A stretch of DNA of 64,000 bases. Source: Okamejei kenojei. Taxonomy: Eukaryota. Below the pieces are notes generated by a model, which was given only the letters and a program-made list of their open reading frames with translations, did not search any database and was not told where the DNA came from. This document shows, in pieces, positions 63,862-64,000 of this stretch. Location of the stretch: assembly GCA_035221665.1 (NCBI GenBank), contig CM069140.1, forward strand, positions 28,024,001-28,088,000, in the 5' to 3' direction. Numbering within the stretch: the stretch's first letter is position 1; each line of letters starts with the position of its first letter. A program made the position numbers and the translations under genes.

Positions 63862-64000
63862 TTAGGGAAATTATAGCCAAAATTCTCTTGATGACCAAAA
63901 AGTTAAGAGGAAAGAGCAGAACAGATGTCTTGTTGTCAAAGCGAGAATCAGACTGATCACAGAAAGTTCAGAGGTGAAGTAAAAAGGAAATGAGTCAAGA

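Noticed and set aside
45213-64000. Search for the preceding XPR1 exon (…NAGKYSTTFF…ALYSTHK)
   Set aside because: Not found by eye. The ORF at 59168-59365 (CQCTIPLLRF) resembles it only superficially, so the intron probably extends beyond the window.
1-64000. Prokaryotic systems (CRISPR arrays, operons, defence islands)
   Set aside because: The sequence is intron-rich vertebrate DNA with no regularly spaced repeat-spacer array.

Overview
This is eukaryotic, vertebrate genomic DNA. The repeat content (HE1-type tRNA SINEs, abundant CR1 LINEs, Penelope remnants) points to a cartilaginous fish, probably a skate or ray. Two convergent spliced genes are present. (1) On +, a complete 5-coding-exon BTB/POZ-BEN gene of the NACC family (920-9061, 485 aa). 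Its mixed NACC1/NACC2 sequence and its position next to XPR1 suggest a third NACC ohnolog absent from the human locus. (2) On -, the last four canonical coding exons of the phosphate exporter and retrovirus receptor XPR1 (45212 down to 32937); I found no earlier exons in the window. The repeat-poor 21-33 kb block downstream of XPR1 holds a series of strong minus-strand splice acceptors that read in frame with the XPR1 penultimate exon. These are candidate alternative C-terminal exons and are unverified. The rest is transposon debris: CR1, L2, Rex-type and RTE LINEs, SINEs, Penelope pieces with hammerhead-ribozyme-like cores, an IR/DR Tc1, Harbinger-type MITEs and a Helitron-like fragment. Exon and TIR boundaries were read base by base; other repeat boundaries are approximate. 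Comparisons with human proteins and gene order are from memory, not from a search.
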